A stretch of DNA of 64,000 nucleotides from an uncultured cyanobacterium (GTDB taxonomy: Bacteria > Cyanobacteriota > Cyanobacteriia > Cyanobacteriales > Nostocaceae): contig OY970166.1 of NCBI GenBank assembly GCA_963706595.1, positions 4,320,001 to 4,384,000 on the forward strand, in the 5' to 3' direction. The notes beneath the pieces are model-generated. The model worked only from the letters and a program-made list of their open reading frames with translations, had not been told where the DNA came from and ran no database searches. Shown piece after piece: positions 31,869 to 42,221 of the stretch. The position numbers were made by a program, and so were the translations under genes. The number at the start of each line of letters is the position of its first letter. Within the stretch, counting starts at the first letter, position 1.

Positions 31869-32079
31869 GTCTTAAAGAAAGATTTTCAGAACCAAGACCA
31901 CAATTATGCACGGGAAAGTTTAAAGGAGGACGCTTTTCCTGACTCTCTACTTTCTCATCTGTATATTTTTCTTCAATTACTATCACTACATGATGCTCAC
32001 CTGCTGGGATATCAGGCGGTAATTGTACTGTAATTTTACCGTCTTTTGTGACTGTGGCAATTGTTTCTATACTTTTCAT
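31837..32079 (-). CDS. Putative antitoxin of the PIN toxin
   Basis: 80 aa, overlaps vapC; DGKITVQLP..IP.G and SLRREDMY tail typical of cyanobacterial TA antitoxins. Confidence 0.7.
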   Translation of the reverse strand: MKSIETIATVTKDGKITVQLPPDIPAGEHHVVIVIEEKYTDEKVESQEKRPPLNFPVHNCGLGSENLSLRREDMYGDWGR

Positions 32080-33299
32080 ACATCTTCCTCAATTACTGCT
32101 AATACGGCTTTTGGTAATAACTTATCTTTAAACCAGACAATTTTGGCGGGGACATTATCTAATTTTACTCCAGCTTTTTCTAAGTTTAATCTTTCGGAAA
32201 TAGCTAAAATTAAATTGTCACATCCAGAACTACGCACTTGATAAAATTTCTTTTGCAAATATTCTGGTCGCCAATAACCAACTATTTCTAATAAATAGTC
32301 TCTCCCATCAGGATGGACTAACCGAAAATCGGGAATCATCACACTACCAGGAACGGGTAATAAATCCACTTCTCGCTCTAATACCCAATCTGTTTTAAGT
32401 GCATCCCATTTATCGGCAAAGGATGACTCTAGCATACTATCGTAAGGCTTACCCTTGGAATAGTGAGACACTAAACCACATTCAGAATTGAGGGTAAATC
32501 TTCCCGTGTTCCATGCTTTGGTGTAAGGATCACGAGTTTGCAACGTCGCGGAAAGACTCCATTTAGTGACATGAAGTAAAGCCGGAATTAATTTGGCGAT
32601 CGCTAGCCCATATCTTGTACTAGGATTAAATAAACTCGTCGGTCCATCAACGGTAATTGTAAACCCGTGGTCAGCATCACCTTCAATATAAGCCATTAAT
32701 TGAAACAACTTCAAATAACGAAACAACAGCTTATATTCCCCTGGAACATTACGATGAGCATTTAAAATTAACTTACTGGCTTTATAAAAAATTCCCTGTA
32801 CCTGAGACAAATTATATCTATTTAATAAATCCACCGGACTCGGCGCATCAAAATTAGTTAAAATCTTATTTTCAGCCAAATCAGCATATAAACCATCGCG
32901 TACCTGTTCCAACAACACCTCACGTTCCAATTCCTGACTCAACTCATCAGCAATCTTCGTTAAAGTCACCTGAGTAGACTCCCCACTAGGAACCGACTTC
33001 GCCGCCAAAGCAAACACCCGTTCCCGTAACATAGGCGGTTCCAAAGGACTCACCACCTCAAAAGTGCAGAAACTACTCTTGAGAATATAAGCCAAACCCC
33101 GCTTCACCCGATAATCAGTAGCATCACCCTCCAAATCTAAAAGCTGACGTTCCAACACCCCCTGAGTCTTCCCTTTCGCCTCCTCAAAACAACCAATCAA
33201 CTCATTCCCCAAATCCAAAGTTTTCTGATCAATCTTCAACCTCTTCGGAATTATTTCCTCTCCGTTTTGGCGATGACTGAGTAAATCCGTCGGTAACAT
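32076..33299 (-). CDS. DUF790 family (Bax1-like) PD-(D/E)XK nuclease
   Basis: RYNLSQVQG, DGP.SLF...RYG, IPDF...EIVGYW..YL.KK. Confidence 0.85.
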   Translation of the reverse strand: MLPTDLLSHRQNGEEIIPKRLKIDQKTLDLGNELIGCFEEAKGKTQGVLERQLLDLEGDATDYRVKRGLAYILKSSFCTFEVVSPLEPPMLRERVFALAAKSVPSGESTQVTLTKIADELSQELEREVLLEQVRDGLYADLAENKILTNFDAPSPVDLLNRYNLSQVQGIFYKASKLILNAHRNVPGEYKLLFRYLKLFQLMAYIEGDADHGFTITVDGPTSLFNPSTRYGLAIAKLIPALLHVTKWSLSATLQTRDPYTKAWNTGRFTLNSECGLVSHYSKGKPYDSMLESSFADKWDALKTDWVLEREVDLLPVPGSVMIPDFRLVHPDGRDYLLEIVGYWRPEYLQKKFYQVRSSGCDNLILAISERLNLEKAGVKLDNVPAKIVWFKDKLLPKAVLAVIEEDV

Positions 33300-34803
33300 T
33301 GTTCTTATCCGTTGAATACTTAATCTCTACCTGTTCCGCAGCTTTAGGAGTACTACCCTTCCCACCCCCATAAACAACCTGCAAATTCCCCCTCTTTTCT
33401 TGGCGACCTTGGCGACTTGGCGGTTCGTTACTCCTCTCTTCCCCCCTACGTCGCGCCGAAGTCCCCTCCTCACTAGTATCCTCAGCCACCACCTCATATA
33501 AAATCGCCCGCTTATTAGCCACATTCCCCTTTCTCAACACCCGACCCAAACGCTGAACATACTCCCTAGTCGAACCAGTCCCCGACAAAATAATCGCCAC
33601 AGAAGCAGCAGGAACATCAACCCCCTCATTCAACACATGAGAAGCCACCAAAGTATTGTATTCCCCCTCCCGAAACTTAGTTAAAATTTCATGACGTTCC
33701 TTCACAGGAGTTTGATGAGTAATCGCCGGAATTAATAACTTTTCAGAAATACTATAAACCGTCGCATTATCAGCCGTAAAAATGAGAATCCTTTCCGGAA
33801 AATGTTCCGCCAATAAATTAGCTAAAATCCTTAACTTACCATCAGTACCCAAGGCGATGTTTTTCGCTTCCCGGTGTGCTAACATAGCCCTACGTCCAGC
33901 AGGCGATCGCGCACTCATTTTCACAAACATTTGCCAACCTTGAATACTCCCCAAAGAAATCTTTGATTGGCGCAAAAAATCATTGCGAGTTTGAATTAAT
34001 TGATTGTATCTCTCTCGCTCATTCTGTGATAACTTCACCTTAATTTGGACAATTTCATGGTTAGCTAAAGCACTTCCCGCTAAATCCTCAGCGCGTTTGC
34101 GATAGACTTCCGGTCCAATGAGAATATTTAAATCTGCGTGTTTCCCATCAGTGCGTTCTGGTGTTGCTGATAATCCTAAACGATAAGGTGCGATCGCATA
34201 CTCTGCAATTACCCGTCCAAAATCCGTAGGTAAATGATGACATTCATCAAACACCAGCAAAGCATACTTATTTCCCAAGCTTTCCGCATGAATAGCCGCA
34301 CTATCATAAGTCGCCACTAATATTGCAGTGCGATCGCGTGAACCACCACCCAACAAACCCACCTCAGCATCAGGAAAAGCCGCCACCAAATGAGCATACC
34401 ATTGATGCATCAAATCCAAAGTTGGAACCACAATTAAAGTAGTGCGGGGTGTAGATTGCATCGCCATTTGCGCCAAATAAGTCTTTCCCGCCGCAGTAGG
34501 TAACACCACAACCCCCTGTCTTCCCTCCAACTTCCAAGCTGCTAACGCCTCAACTTGGTGGGGGTAAGGCTCCATTTCCATACTCGGAATTAAATCCACC
34601 GGATAAAATTCCTTAGCCTCATCCACAAAATCAACATCTTCAGCTTGTAGTGCTTCCACCAAAGCCCGATATCTCATGGCGGGAATGCGAAACTTCTCCA
34701 CCCGATCATCCCAAGTAGCATAATCCATCCAACCCTTACCCCGTGGCGGTGGATGTAAAATTAATGTACCGCGATCAAATTTTAAGGTGGGTGTGCGAGC
34801 CAT
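33229..34803 (-). CDS. SF2 DEAD/DEAH helicase (XPB/Rad25-like)
   Basis: LPTAAGKT, DECHH, LSATPER, EGVDVP, QRLGRVLR. Confidence 0.9.
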   Translation of the reverse strand: MARTPTLKFDRGTLILHPPPRGKGWMDYATWDDRVEKFRIPAMRYRALVEALQAEDVDFVDEAKEFYPVDLIPSMEMEPYPHQVEALAAWKLEGRQGVVVLPTAAGKTYLAQMAMQSTPRTTLIVVPTLDLMHQWYAHLVAAFPDAEVGLLGGGSRDRTAILVATYDSAAIHAESLGNKYALLVFDECHHLPTDFGRVIAEYAIAPYRLGLSATPERTDGKHADLNILIGPEVYRKRAEDLAGSALANHEIVQIKVKLSQNERERYNQLIQTRNDFLRQSKISLGSIQGWQMFVKMSARSPAGRRAMLAHREAKNIALGTDGKLRILANLLAEHFPERILIFTADNATVYSISEKLLIPAITHQTPVKERHEILTKFREGEYNTLVASHVLNEGVDVPAASVAIILSGTGSTREYVQRLGRVLRKGNVANKRAILYEVVAEDTSEEGTSARRRGEERSNEPPSRQGRQEKRGNLQVVYGGGKGSTPKAAEQVEIKYSTDKNNVTDGFTQSSPKRRGNNSEEVED

Positions 34804-34925
34804 TTAGGGATTTTCCAGAGATATATTTAGAAAAAAAATTGTCAAATATTTGGATATATATAATATAGGATTTTCGGCGATTTATTCAGGTTTATTCACA
34901 AGTAAAAATTGCTGATAATAACTTT

Positions 34926-35648
34926 TCACGAATACTTCCCAAGAGATAAAGTTTGAATAAAAGTACGAGATTCAGGAACATGGTAAAAAATTCTGCCTAT
35001 ACTTTCCATTGTTATAAAATCTAATGCTTTGCTCTGAAGGTCTTCTTCTCGAAGAGTTTGAAGATTCGTAGTACCGTAAAGTAATTGTTTTAATTCTCCT
35101 GGTTTCTTCCCTGGTTTTCTGCCAATTAAGTCTTTTGCAGCAGCGATAAATATCTCAGTTGAGGGAAATGTCACAAGCGGAATTACCACAGGTAAGTATT
35201 CGTGGGTGTAACCTTCTCGTGCCTTCGCTCCATAAAATGTTTCTATTCCTCCTACTAATATTTTAGATATACTGAATCTCCAATCCTTAAAGTAGTCATC
35301 AGGCGTAGTAAGCGTATGTTCACTATCAGCCGTGAGTAGTATGATATCCCGGTTACTAACTTCCGTAACTTCTTTTTCAAATTCTGCAAAAGCACCGTAA
35401 AGAGTATTGGTAACTGATCTTCTAAATTCAGCAGCTTGTTCACCTGTTAAATAGCAACCACTATTTAATTTTATAACTTCTCTACAATATTTTTCTACTG
35501 GATCATGCAGTGTTTGCCTTTTTAATTCAAAATAGTTAAGAGTCACATTATTTTCATAACCATTAGATAGAATACATTCAGAAATTTTTCTAAAAATTGC
35601 CCTATCAGTAGCTCCATCTCCAATAATCCCTATATTTCTCTCTGGCAT
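34926..35648 (-). CDS. Hypothetical protein with TOPRIM-like N-terminus, partner of the upstream ATPase
   Basis: IIGDGATD and later LTADSE acidic motifs; 14 bp downstream of the ATPase. Confidence 0.55.
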   Translation of the reverse strand: MPERNIGIIGDGATDRAIFRKISECILSNGYENNVTLNYFELKRQTLHDPVEKYCREVIKLNSGCYLTGEQAAEFRRSVTNTLYGAFAEFEKEVTEVSNRDIILLTADSEHTLTTPDDYFKDWRFSISKILVGGIETFYGAKAREGYTHEYLPVVIPLVTFPSTEIFIAAAKDLIGRKPGKKPGELKQLLYGTTNLQTLREEDLQSKALDFITMESIGRIFYHVPESRTFIQTLSLGKYS

Positions 35649-35662
35649 TACATTTTACCCAA

Positions 35663-36919
35663 TTACCCAATTGTCCCGGAGTACCAAAGTTCTGCTAATT
35701 GATACTTTGGTATTTGTACTATCCGTTTCCCTGTAGTTTCATCATCTATTATCTCACCTTCTACAGTACCTATACCGACAAGTGTTTCCAGAGATGTATT
35801 TAGATTTCTGACATCACTTGTTCTATTACGTTTTTCTAAACGAACTGTATAAACATGATCTAAGTAATTATGAAATTCACGTAAGACAGAGGGACTATGA
35901 GAAGTAATAATAAATTGAGATGTATATCCTTCTGAAGTTGGAGATGTCATTTGCCAAATCCAATGCATTAGTTCTTGAATATTCCCAGGATTTACACCAT
36001 TTTCAATTTCTTCTAAAAGTATCAAACTTGGTGGTCTATAAAGAGAAGCTAGAAGACTAATAGCCGCCGCTTTCATAAATCCATCTGAAACCGAATCTGG
36101 AGTGAACTCCTCTACAGTTGTTTTTCTGCCAAAATCGAACTCCCAAACCAGTTTAGAAATCTTCTCATTATAGCGAACACCTTGAAAATTATTTTCAAAT
36201 CTCCTCATTAAAGCTGTAAATCTTGTAAATGTCCGTTCCTCTTTTTCTTTAATATATTTAACAACTGCTTGCAATCCCAGCCCTGTACTACCTAATTCAG
36301 CAGGAATTTTAATATAATCACTTTTTCCTATTTCATGAGGAGAATCATCAAGATTCCCCATTTGCTCATCTTTAACTAAACCTTTGAGAAAAGCAGGTTG
36401 AAAATGATAACTATATGTATTTGCAAAATCCCCAAAAAACTCTTTACACAATTGTTTTTCTGCTGTTTGCAAAGATGCATTGTCTTCAAGGTCTTGCCTT
36501 AAAGCCATTAAGTTAGTTGACTGGTCATGTCCACTGGTAATTATCTTTTCATCTGCACTATCTAGCCTTATTGTTATTTTTTCTTTGCAGCTAGCAGATT
36601 CTGGAAAATGCCTATTTTCATATAATTCCATTTCATAGATAATACTTCCCTTTAAGTTATTCCAAGTTATTATAAATCCCATTGGTTCATGATCAGCAGC
36701 TAGCCTATAACGATGAGGATATAAATCTCTATGAACATTAACTGTTTTATTAATATTTCCAGGACGACCTCTTCTTACTAGCCTACAAAAGTGTTGTATC
36801 CCTGTTAAAAGGTTAGACTTGCCTGAATTATTATTACCAATCAGCAAGGTTACTGGATGAAGCTGTACAGTAGTCAGTTTATGTGTTTTAAAGTTTTTAA
36901 GTGTAACTTGTTTAAACAT
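35663..36919 (-). CDS. ABC/AAA_21-type ATPase (AbiEii/OLD/RecF-like)
   Basis: LKNFK, GNNNSGKSN, VSDG, LLEEIENGVNP, ITSHSP. Confidence 0.9.
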   Translation of the reverse strand: MFKQVTLKNFKTHKLTTVQLHPVTLLIGNNNSGKSNLLTGIQHFCRLVRRGRPGNINKTVNVHRDLYPHRYRLAADHEPMGFIITWNNLKGSIIYEMELYENRHFPESASCKEKITIRLDSADEKIITSGHDQSTNLMALRQDLEDNASLQTAEKQLCKEFFGDFANTYSYHFQPAFLKGLVKDEQMGNLDDSPHEIGKSDYIKIPAELGSTGLGLQAVVKYIKEKEERTFTRFTALMRRFENNFQGVRYNEKISKLVWEFDFGRKTTVEEFTPDSVSDGFMKAAAISLLASLYRPPSLILLEEIENGVNPGNIQELMHWIWQMTSPTSEGYTSQFIITSHSPSVLREFHNYLDHVYTVRLEKRNRTSDVRNLNTSLETLVGIGTVEGEIIDDETTGKRIVQIPKYQLAELWYSGTIG

Positions 36920-37115
36920 GATTTTTTTTAGTGATGAACAAGATTTTACATTGCTACTCTTAAAAATACAACTGTTTCGCTTGTTTGCTGACTTAAAGCA
37001 TTAATCTTTTGAGCGATTGCTTGCAACACAAATTGTTCAGTTGAAACTCCCTAAATACTTACCCATTTTTCAATCTTTTGTTGGAGTTGATCAGGAAAAT
37101 TCATATTTTTAACCC

Positions 37116-38264
37116 TTAAAGTGACAGTCTTTGCAAAACTTGCTTAAACACCATCGCCGCCCAATCAACATCAGCCTCCGTAGTATCACGCCCCAAAGTC
37201 AAGCGCACCCCTCCCAAAGCAGCTGATTCGGGATAACCCATTGCTAAAAGTATCGGACTAGGGCTAAGTTTACCACTGTGACAGGCAGAACCGGCACTAA
37301 TACCAATACCAGCCAGATTCATTTGTCTTACCAAAGCTTTACCACTGATTTTTTTACCATCGGCGTGTTCTAGACAGAAACTGACATGGTGAGGTAAACG
37401 ATGATTGCGATCGCCTGTGGGAATTAAACCAGGAATATCTGCTAAGTGAGAAAATAGGCGATCGCGCAACTTGATTAAACGGGGGATTTCACTCAGTAAT
37501 TCTACGGTTGCTAATTCGGCTGCAATTCCAAAACCGGCGATCGCAGGTACGGCTTGAGTCCCAGAACGCAATCCCATTTCTTGACCACCACCACCCAACA
37601 AAGGCACTAATTCGATATTCGGACGCACATACAGCGCCCCAGCCCCTTGGGGACCATATATCTTATGACTGGAAAGGCTGAGTAAATCTACGGGCAATTT
37701 CTGCACATCTATGGGTACACGTCCCGCAGCTTGGACTGCATCTGTGTGAAATAAAACCCCATGTTTTTGGGCAATATTTCCTAATTCTGCAATTGGTTGG
37801 ATAGTACCGATTTCACTTTGTCCGTAAATCACCGACACTAAAACAGTGTTATCTTGCAAAGCTGCTGTTAAATCCTGGGGGTGAACTCTTCCTTTAGCAT
37901 CTACACCCAAACGTGTCACTTTCCAACCCCAGATTTCCAATAATCGCGCTGGTTCAGAAATGGCGGAATGTTCCACCTGGGAAATAATTATGTGTTGCGG
38001 TACAGTATATAATCTGGCAATGCCCATAATGGCTAAATTATTAGCTTCTGTACCACCCGCAGTAAAAATAATCGATTCTGGATGAGCCGCATTAATTAAA
38101 CCTGCAACTTGGATTCTCGCTTGTTCTACCATTGTGGCGGCTCGTTGTCCCCACTCATGTAAGCTAGAAGGATTGCCCCATTGTTGATTGAGGGCTGTTT
38201 GCATAGCTGCGATCGCTTCTGGGCGAGTGGGAGTAGTGGCGCTGTAATCTAAATATATTTGCAT
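37116..38264 (-). CDS. iscS: Cysteine desulfurase (IscS/NifS group I)
   Basis: YLDYSATTP, GNPSS.H, HTDAVQ, SSHKIYGP.G.G, SAGSAC. Confidence 0.9.
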   Translation of the reverse strand: MQIYLDYSATTPTRPEAIAAMQTALNQQWGNPSSLHEWGQRAATMVEQARIQVAGLINAAHPESIIFTAGGTEANNLAIMGIARLYTVPQHIIISQVEHSAISEPARLLEIWGWKVTRLGVDAKGRVHPQDLTAALQDNTVLVSVIYGQSEIGTIQPIAELGNIAQKHGVLFHTDAVQAAGRVPIDVQKLPVDLLSLSSHKIYGPQGAGALYVRPNIELVPLLGGGGQEMGLRSGTQAVPAIAGFGIAAELATVELLSEIPRLIKLRDRLFSHLADIPGLIPTGDRNHRLPHHVSFCLEHADGKKISGKALVRQMNLAGIGISAGSACHSGKLSPSPILLAMGYPESAALGGVRLTLGRDTTEADVDWAAMVFKQVLQRLSL

Positions 38265-38394
38265 ATTATCAATAATTGTGTTAATGCACGAACTACCTAT
38301 ATTTTCAGGAATATCAGTCAGTGGCTGAATTTGGGATACTAAATTTTGGGAAATATAAATGTGTTCATCCCCAATCCACTTTTAACAAATTACC

Positions 38395-40023
38395 GTGCAG
38401 ATTTTCCCACAACGAAAATATTTCCTGATCTTTTTTCTGATTCTCGCCATAGCTGCTTGTCAAAAAGCCCAACCCAAAAATCAGCTTCTAGCAGCCTTAC
38501 CACAAGATCCATTAGTTCAAGTTTACTTTAACCATTCCCAAGCTTCAGAATACCAAGAACCTTACCGCCAGCAAACACGCCTGGGGGATAATTTAGAACA
38601 ACAGATTATTGATGCTATTTCTCAAGCTAAAACCACAGTAGACGTAGCTATTCAAGAATTTCGTTTACCTAAAATTGCTCAAGCATTAGCCCAGAGACAA
38701 AAAGCGGGTGTGAAAGTGAGAGTAATTTTAGAAGATAATTACAGTCGTCCTTGGAGTAGTTTAACACCTGGGGAAATCCAAAAGTTCACACCTAGAGAAC
38801 AAGCTCGTTATCAGGAATTTTTTAATTTTGTTGATTTAAACCAAGATAATCAACTGAGTCCCGAAGAAATTAATCAAAGGGACGCATTAATAATTTTAAA
38901 TAATGCCAAAATTCCTTGGATAGATGATCGGGCTGATGGTTCAGCCGGTAGTAATTTGATGCATCACAAATTTGTGATTGTTGATAATCGTTGGGTAATT
39001 AAAACTTCGGCTAATTTTACTCTGAGTGATATTCATGGTGATTACAGTAATCTTAGCAGTTTAGGCAATGCCAACAATTTCTTAGAAATTGATAGCCCAG
39101 AATTAGCTGTGTTATTTACTGAGGAGTTTAATATTATGTGGGGTGATGGTCCAGGAGGTCAGCCAGATAGTAAATTTGGCATCCAAAAACCAATGCGATC
39201 GCCTCAAACTATAACATTAGGTGAAACTAAAATAACCGTAAATTTTTCGCCTATTTCCCCAACGCAACCTTGGCAGAAATCGAGTAATGGTTTAATCGGA
39301 AAAACTTTAGATTCTGCAAGCAAATCTATTGATATGGCGTTGTTTGTTTTTTCTGAACAGCGTCTAGCTAATATTCTCAAAACCCGTTATCAAAATAATG
39401 TTTCCATTCGGGCTTTAATTGATTCACAATTTGCCTATCGTTATTATAGTGACGCTATGGATATGATGGGAGTAGCGCTGAGTAATGATTGTAAATATGA
39501 AGTAGATAATAATCCTTGGCAAAATCCTCTAACTACTGTGGGTATACCTACTTTAGCTAGAGGTGATTTATTGCATCACAAATTTGGCGTTATTGACCAA
39601 AAAACAGTCATTACAGGTTCTCATAATTGGTCAAAAGCTGCCAATCATGGTAACGATGAAGCACTGTTAATAGTGGAAAATCCGACAATTGCAGCCCATT
39701 ACGTGCGTGAATTTGCCCGTCTTTATGGTGATGCTAAACTGGGTGTACCGCCATCAGTTCAACAAAAAATTGCCTCAGAGAAAAAACAATGTCCTCAGAT
39801 AATAAGTCAGACATCGAGTAAGTCTCTAGAAATTAAACCCGTAAATATCAATACTGCGTCCTTAGAAGAATTGGTAACTCTTCCGGGAGTAGGTAAAAAA
39901 TTAGCCCAAAAAATCATAGTTGCTCGTCAGCAGCAAAAGTTTACATCTTTAGAAGATTTAGCCAGAGTCTCAGGCATTAGTACCAGGATGACAGAAAAAT
40001 GGGGCGATCGCATTAGTTGGTAA
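38395..40023 (+). CDS. Competence ComA/ComE-like lipoprotein: two PLD (HKD) domains + C-terminal HhH DNA-binding domain
   Basis: Lipobox-like IAAC, MHHKFVIVD, LHHKFGVID..TGSHN, NINTAS.EEL..LPGVG. Confidence 0.85.
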   Translation: MQIFPQRKYFLIFFLILAIAACQKAQPKNQLLAALPQDPLVQVYFNHSQASEYQEPYRQQTRLGDNLEQQIIDAISQAKTTVDVAIQEFRLPKIAQALAQRQKAGVKVRVILEDNYSRPWSSLTPGEIQKFTPREQARYQEFFNFVDLNQDNQLSPEEINQRDALIILNNAKIPWIDDRADGSAGSNLMHHKFVIVDNRWVIKTSANFTLSDIHGDYSNLSSLGNANNFLEIDSPELAVLFTEEFNIMWGDGPGGQPDSKFGIQKPMRSPQTITLGETKITVNFSPISPTQPWQKSSNGLIGKTLDSASKSIDMALFVFSEQRLANILKTRYQNNVSIRALIDSQFAYRYYSDAMDMMGVALSNDCKYEVDNNPWQNPLTTVGIPTLARGDLLHHKFGVIDQKTVITGSHNWSKAANHGNDEALLIVENPTIAAHYVREFARLYGDAKLGVPPSVQQKIASEKKQCPQIISQTSSKSLEIKPVNINTASLEELVTLPGVGKKLAQKIIVARQQQKFTSLEDLARVSGISTRMTEKWGDRISW

Positions 40024-40030
40024 AAATTTT

Positions 40031-40138
40031 GGCGTTGCTAATTTGATCATGAATTGAGATTTTTGTAATCTGCCTCAAGGTAGACTTTGCGAGCCTGAGA
40101 GCAAAATAGCACAATTCCTACGATCAATCAGCAACGCT
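40031..40138. mobile_element. MITE-like element with GGCGTTGCT terminal repeats
   Basis: ggcgttgctaatt...aatcagcaacgc; same family at 55689-55798 and 59977-60061. Confidence 0.65.
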
Positions 40139-40773
40139 CTTTTTGAACATTTTTGACTTGAGATACCTATTGCTAAAGGCTATTTAGCGAATGTGAATGG
40201 TTAATAATTATAGTTAGCTGACAAATCAGGTAGCGCGATCGCCCTACTTGTTACTTAACTTATTATAAAAATTAAAAAATCTTTTAATCATAAACCCTTA
40301 GTCTTTTACTTGGTTTTTCTTTAATCAAATAACACACAATCTTCACAAACCCAGAATTATTTATTTAGTCTATTTCTCCGAAAAATTGCCGTGTAATTCA
40401 TGTTGCTTGTAAATTTGAGAAATTTGGTAATTTAACTTTACTTTGTAATTTTTACATAAAGTTCCGGGTTACTACTGGCAAAACACTCAAGTAAACAGTA
40501 TGGTGTAAAAGTGAACTTACGAAGTATTGCTTAGTAAAATAAGCCATTAGTGTACTCGCTGAAGTTCAAGCCTCGCTAGTGCTGGAAAAAGTCATAAAAA
40601 TGCCTGATTTTTAGGTATTTACCACACTTAAGTATCTGCGATCGCGGCAAAAGTTGGATTTACGGACTGTCGTCACAAAAAACTTGAGTACGATTTTAAA
40701 CTTCTCAAGAATCTGACGACATGGATTTCAGAACATCTCAGTAATAACAGTTACAATAGGAGACATCACATCA

Positions 40774-41967
40774 ATGCTGAATTCCAAAAAAAACTTGTCT
40801 CAATTGGCAGCACGTGCTGCTGTATGTTCATTCGCAATAGCTGGAATATTCGTCCCATCGGCAGCTCGTGCGGCCAGCTTAGTCACAGGTTTTACTCCTT
40901 CGGGCGGTGCAGTTGAACCCGGTAACTATGACGTATTTTTAGATGCTGGTGACCCACTACACATAGATGTGACTGTAACCGTCCCCGCAACACCTTCCAA
41001 ACTGGACTTATTCCTACTGGAAGACCTGTCTGGTTCATTTGGGGATGATCTTAATGTAATCAAGACTTTAGTACCAAATTTAGTCACTTCCATCACAGGT
41101 ATTGTGTCTGATACCTTCTTTGGTGTTGGCTCTTATGTTGACAAACCAATTTCCCCATTTGGTTTTTCTGGTGACTATGTATATAGAACCGACTTAGCTC
41201 TGACTGCTGACACAGGTTTACTGCAAACGACTGTCAATGGACTCACCATTAGAAATGGTGGCGATTTCCCTGAATCACAACTAGAAGCACTGTTACAAAC
41301 AGCAGTTCGCGCTACTGGTGAAGTTGGCTTCCGGAATGATGCCTTTAAGGTTGTGGTTTTATCTACAGATGCTACTTACCACAAAGCTGGTGATTTTGCC
41401 TCTAGACCTCCAAATGACGGAGATGCCATTCTTGATGGTAGTCCAGAAGGAACTGGTGAAGATTATCCCAGCATTGCTCAGGTAAAAAATGCCTTACAGG
41501 CTGCTAACATTATCCCCATCTTTGCAGTCACAACCAATGTCATATCTACCTATGAAGATTTGGTAGCTCAGTTAGGATTTGGTTCAGTAGTCCAACTGTC
41601 AAGTAATAGTTCTAATTTGGTAACTGCAATCACCAGTGGTTTATCAGATGTTTTCAGAGACATCACTCTGAATGTAGAAGGTGATGATTTTGGTTACGTC
41701 CAGAGTATTACTCCTGGTGTATTTACAGATGTACCAGAAGGAGACAGCAGAACCTTCAAGGTAGAATTACTCGCTGATGGTGTTGATGATGCCAACGATA
41801 CTCTGAGTTTAGTTGCTCCTGGATTCGGAACAACATTGGTTAACGTTACTGTCAGTGATACAACCTCTGTACCCGAACCAACCACTATGTTGGGTCTGTT
41901 GGCATTCGGTGCTGTTGGGGCTTCCACCGCATTGAAACGTAAACAAAAAGCTGTCGCTACAGTGTAA
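40774..41967 (+). CDS. Secreted PEP-CTERM protein with integrin-beta-like VWA (betaI) domain
   Basis: Signal peptide ending ARA; DLSGS MIDAS at 41023-41037; YVDKP, DFPES, STDA, DYPS, IFAVT; VPEP + TM + basic tail. Confidence 0.85.
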   Translation: MLNSKKNLSQLAARAAVCSFAIAGIFVPSAARAASLVTGFTPSGGAVEPGNYDVFLDAGDPLHIDVTVTVPATPSKLDLFLLEDLSGSFGDDLNVIKTLVPNLVTSITGIVSDTFFGVGSYVDKPISPFGFSGDYVYRTDLALTADTGLLQTTVNGLTIRNGGDFPESQLEALLQTAVRATGEVGFRNDAFKVVVLSTDATYHKAGDFASRPPNDGDAILDGSPEGTGEDYPSIAQVKNALQAANIIPIFAVTTNVISTYEDLVAQLGFGSVVQLSSNSSNLVTAITSGLSDVFRDITLNVEGDDFGYVQSITPGVFTDVPEGDSRTFKVELLADGVDDANDTLSLVAPGFGTTLVNVTVSDTTSVPEPTTMLGLLAFGAVGASTALKRKQKAVATV

Positions 41968-41992
41968 AACATCACTTATATATTTAGTAACT

Positions 41993-42030
41993 GCTGTGTT
42001 TTCTGTTGAAAGACACGGCAATTTTTTTAT
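41993..42030 (+). terminator. Rho-independent terminator
   Basis: GCTGTGTTTTC..GAAAGACACGGC stem followed by a T run. Confidence 0.65.
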
Positions 42031-42221
42031 GTTGAGATTTGCCGAAATCGGGGCATGATATCATGCCCGCCTAATTAGCGCTCTTTTATGACTCTGATGA
42101 AAGAAAAGATGTAGCTTGCTTCCCCCCACTCCCCACTCCCCACTCCCTTTTTTAAGGAATTACTAAGACAGTTGTGTACCCCTCCGGTGCTAGAGTGTAA
42201 GATGACCGAGAATAACGGGAT

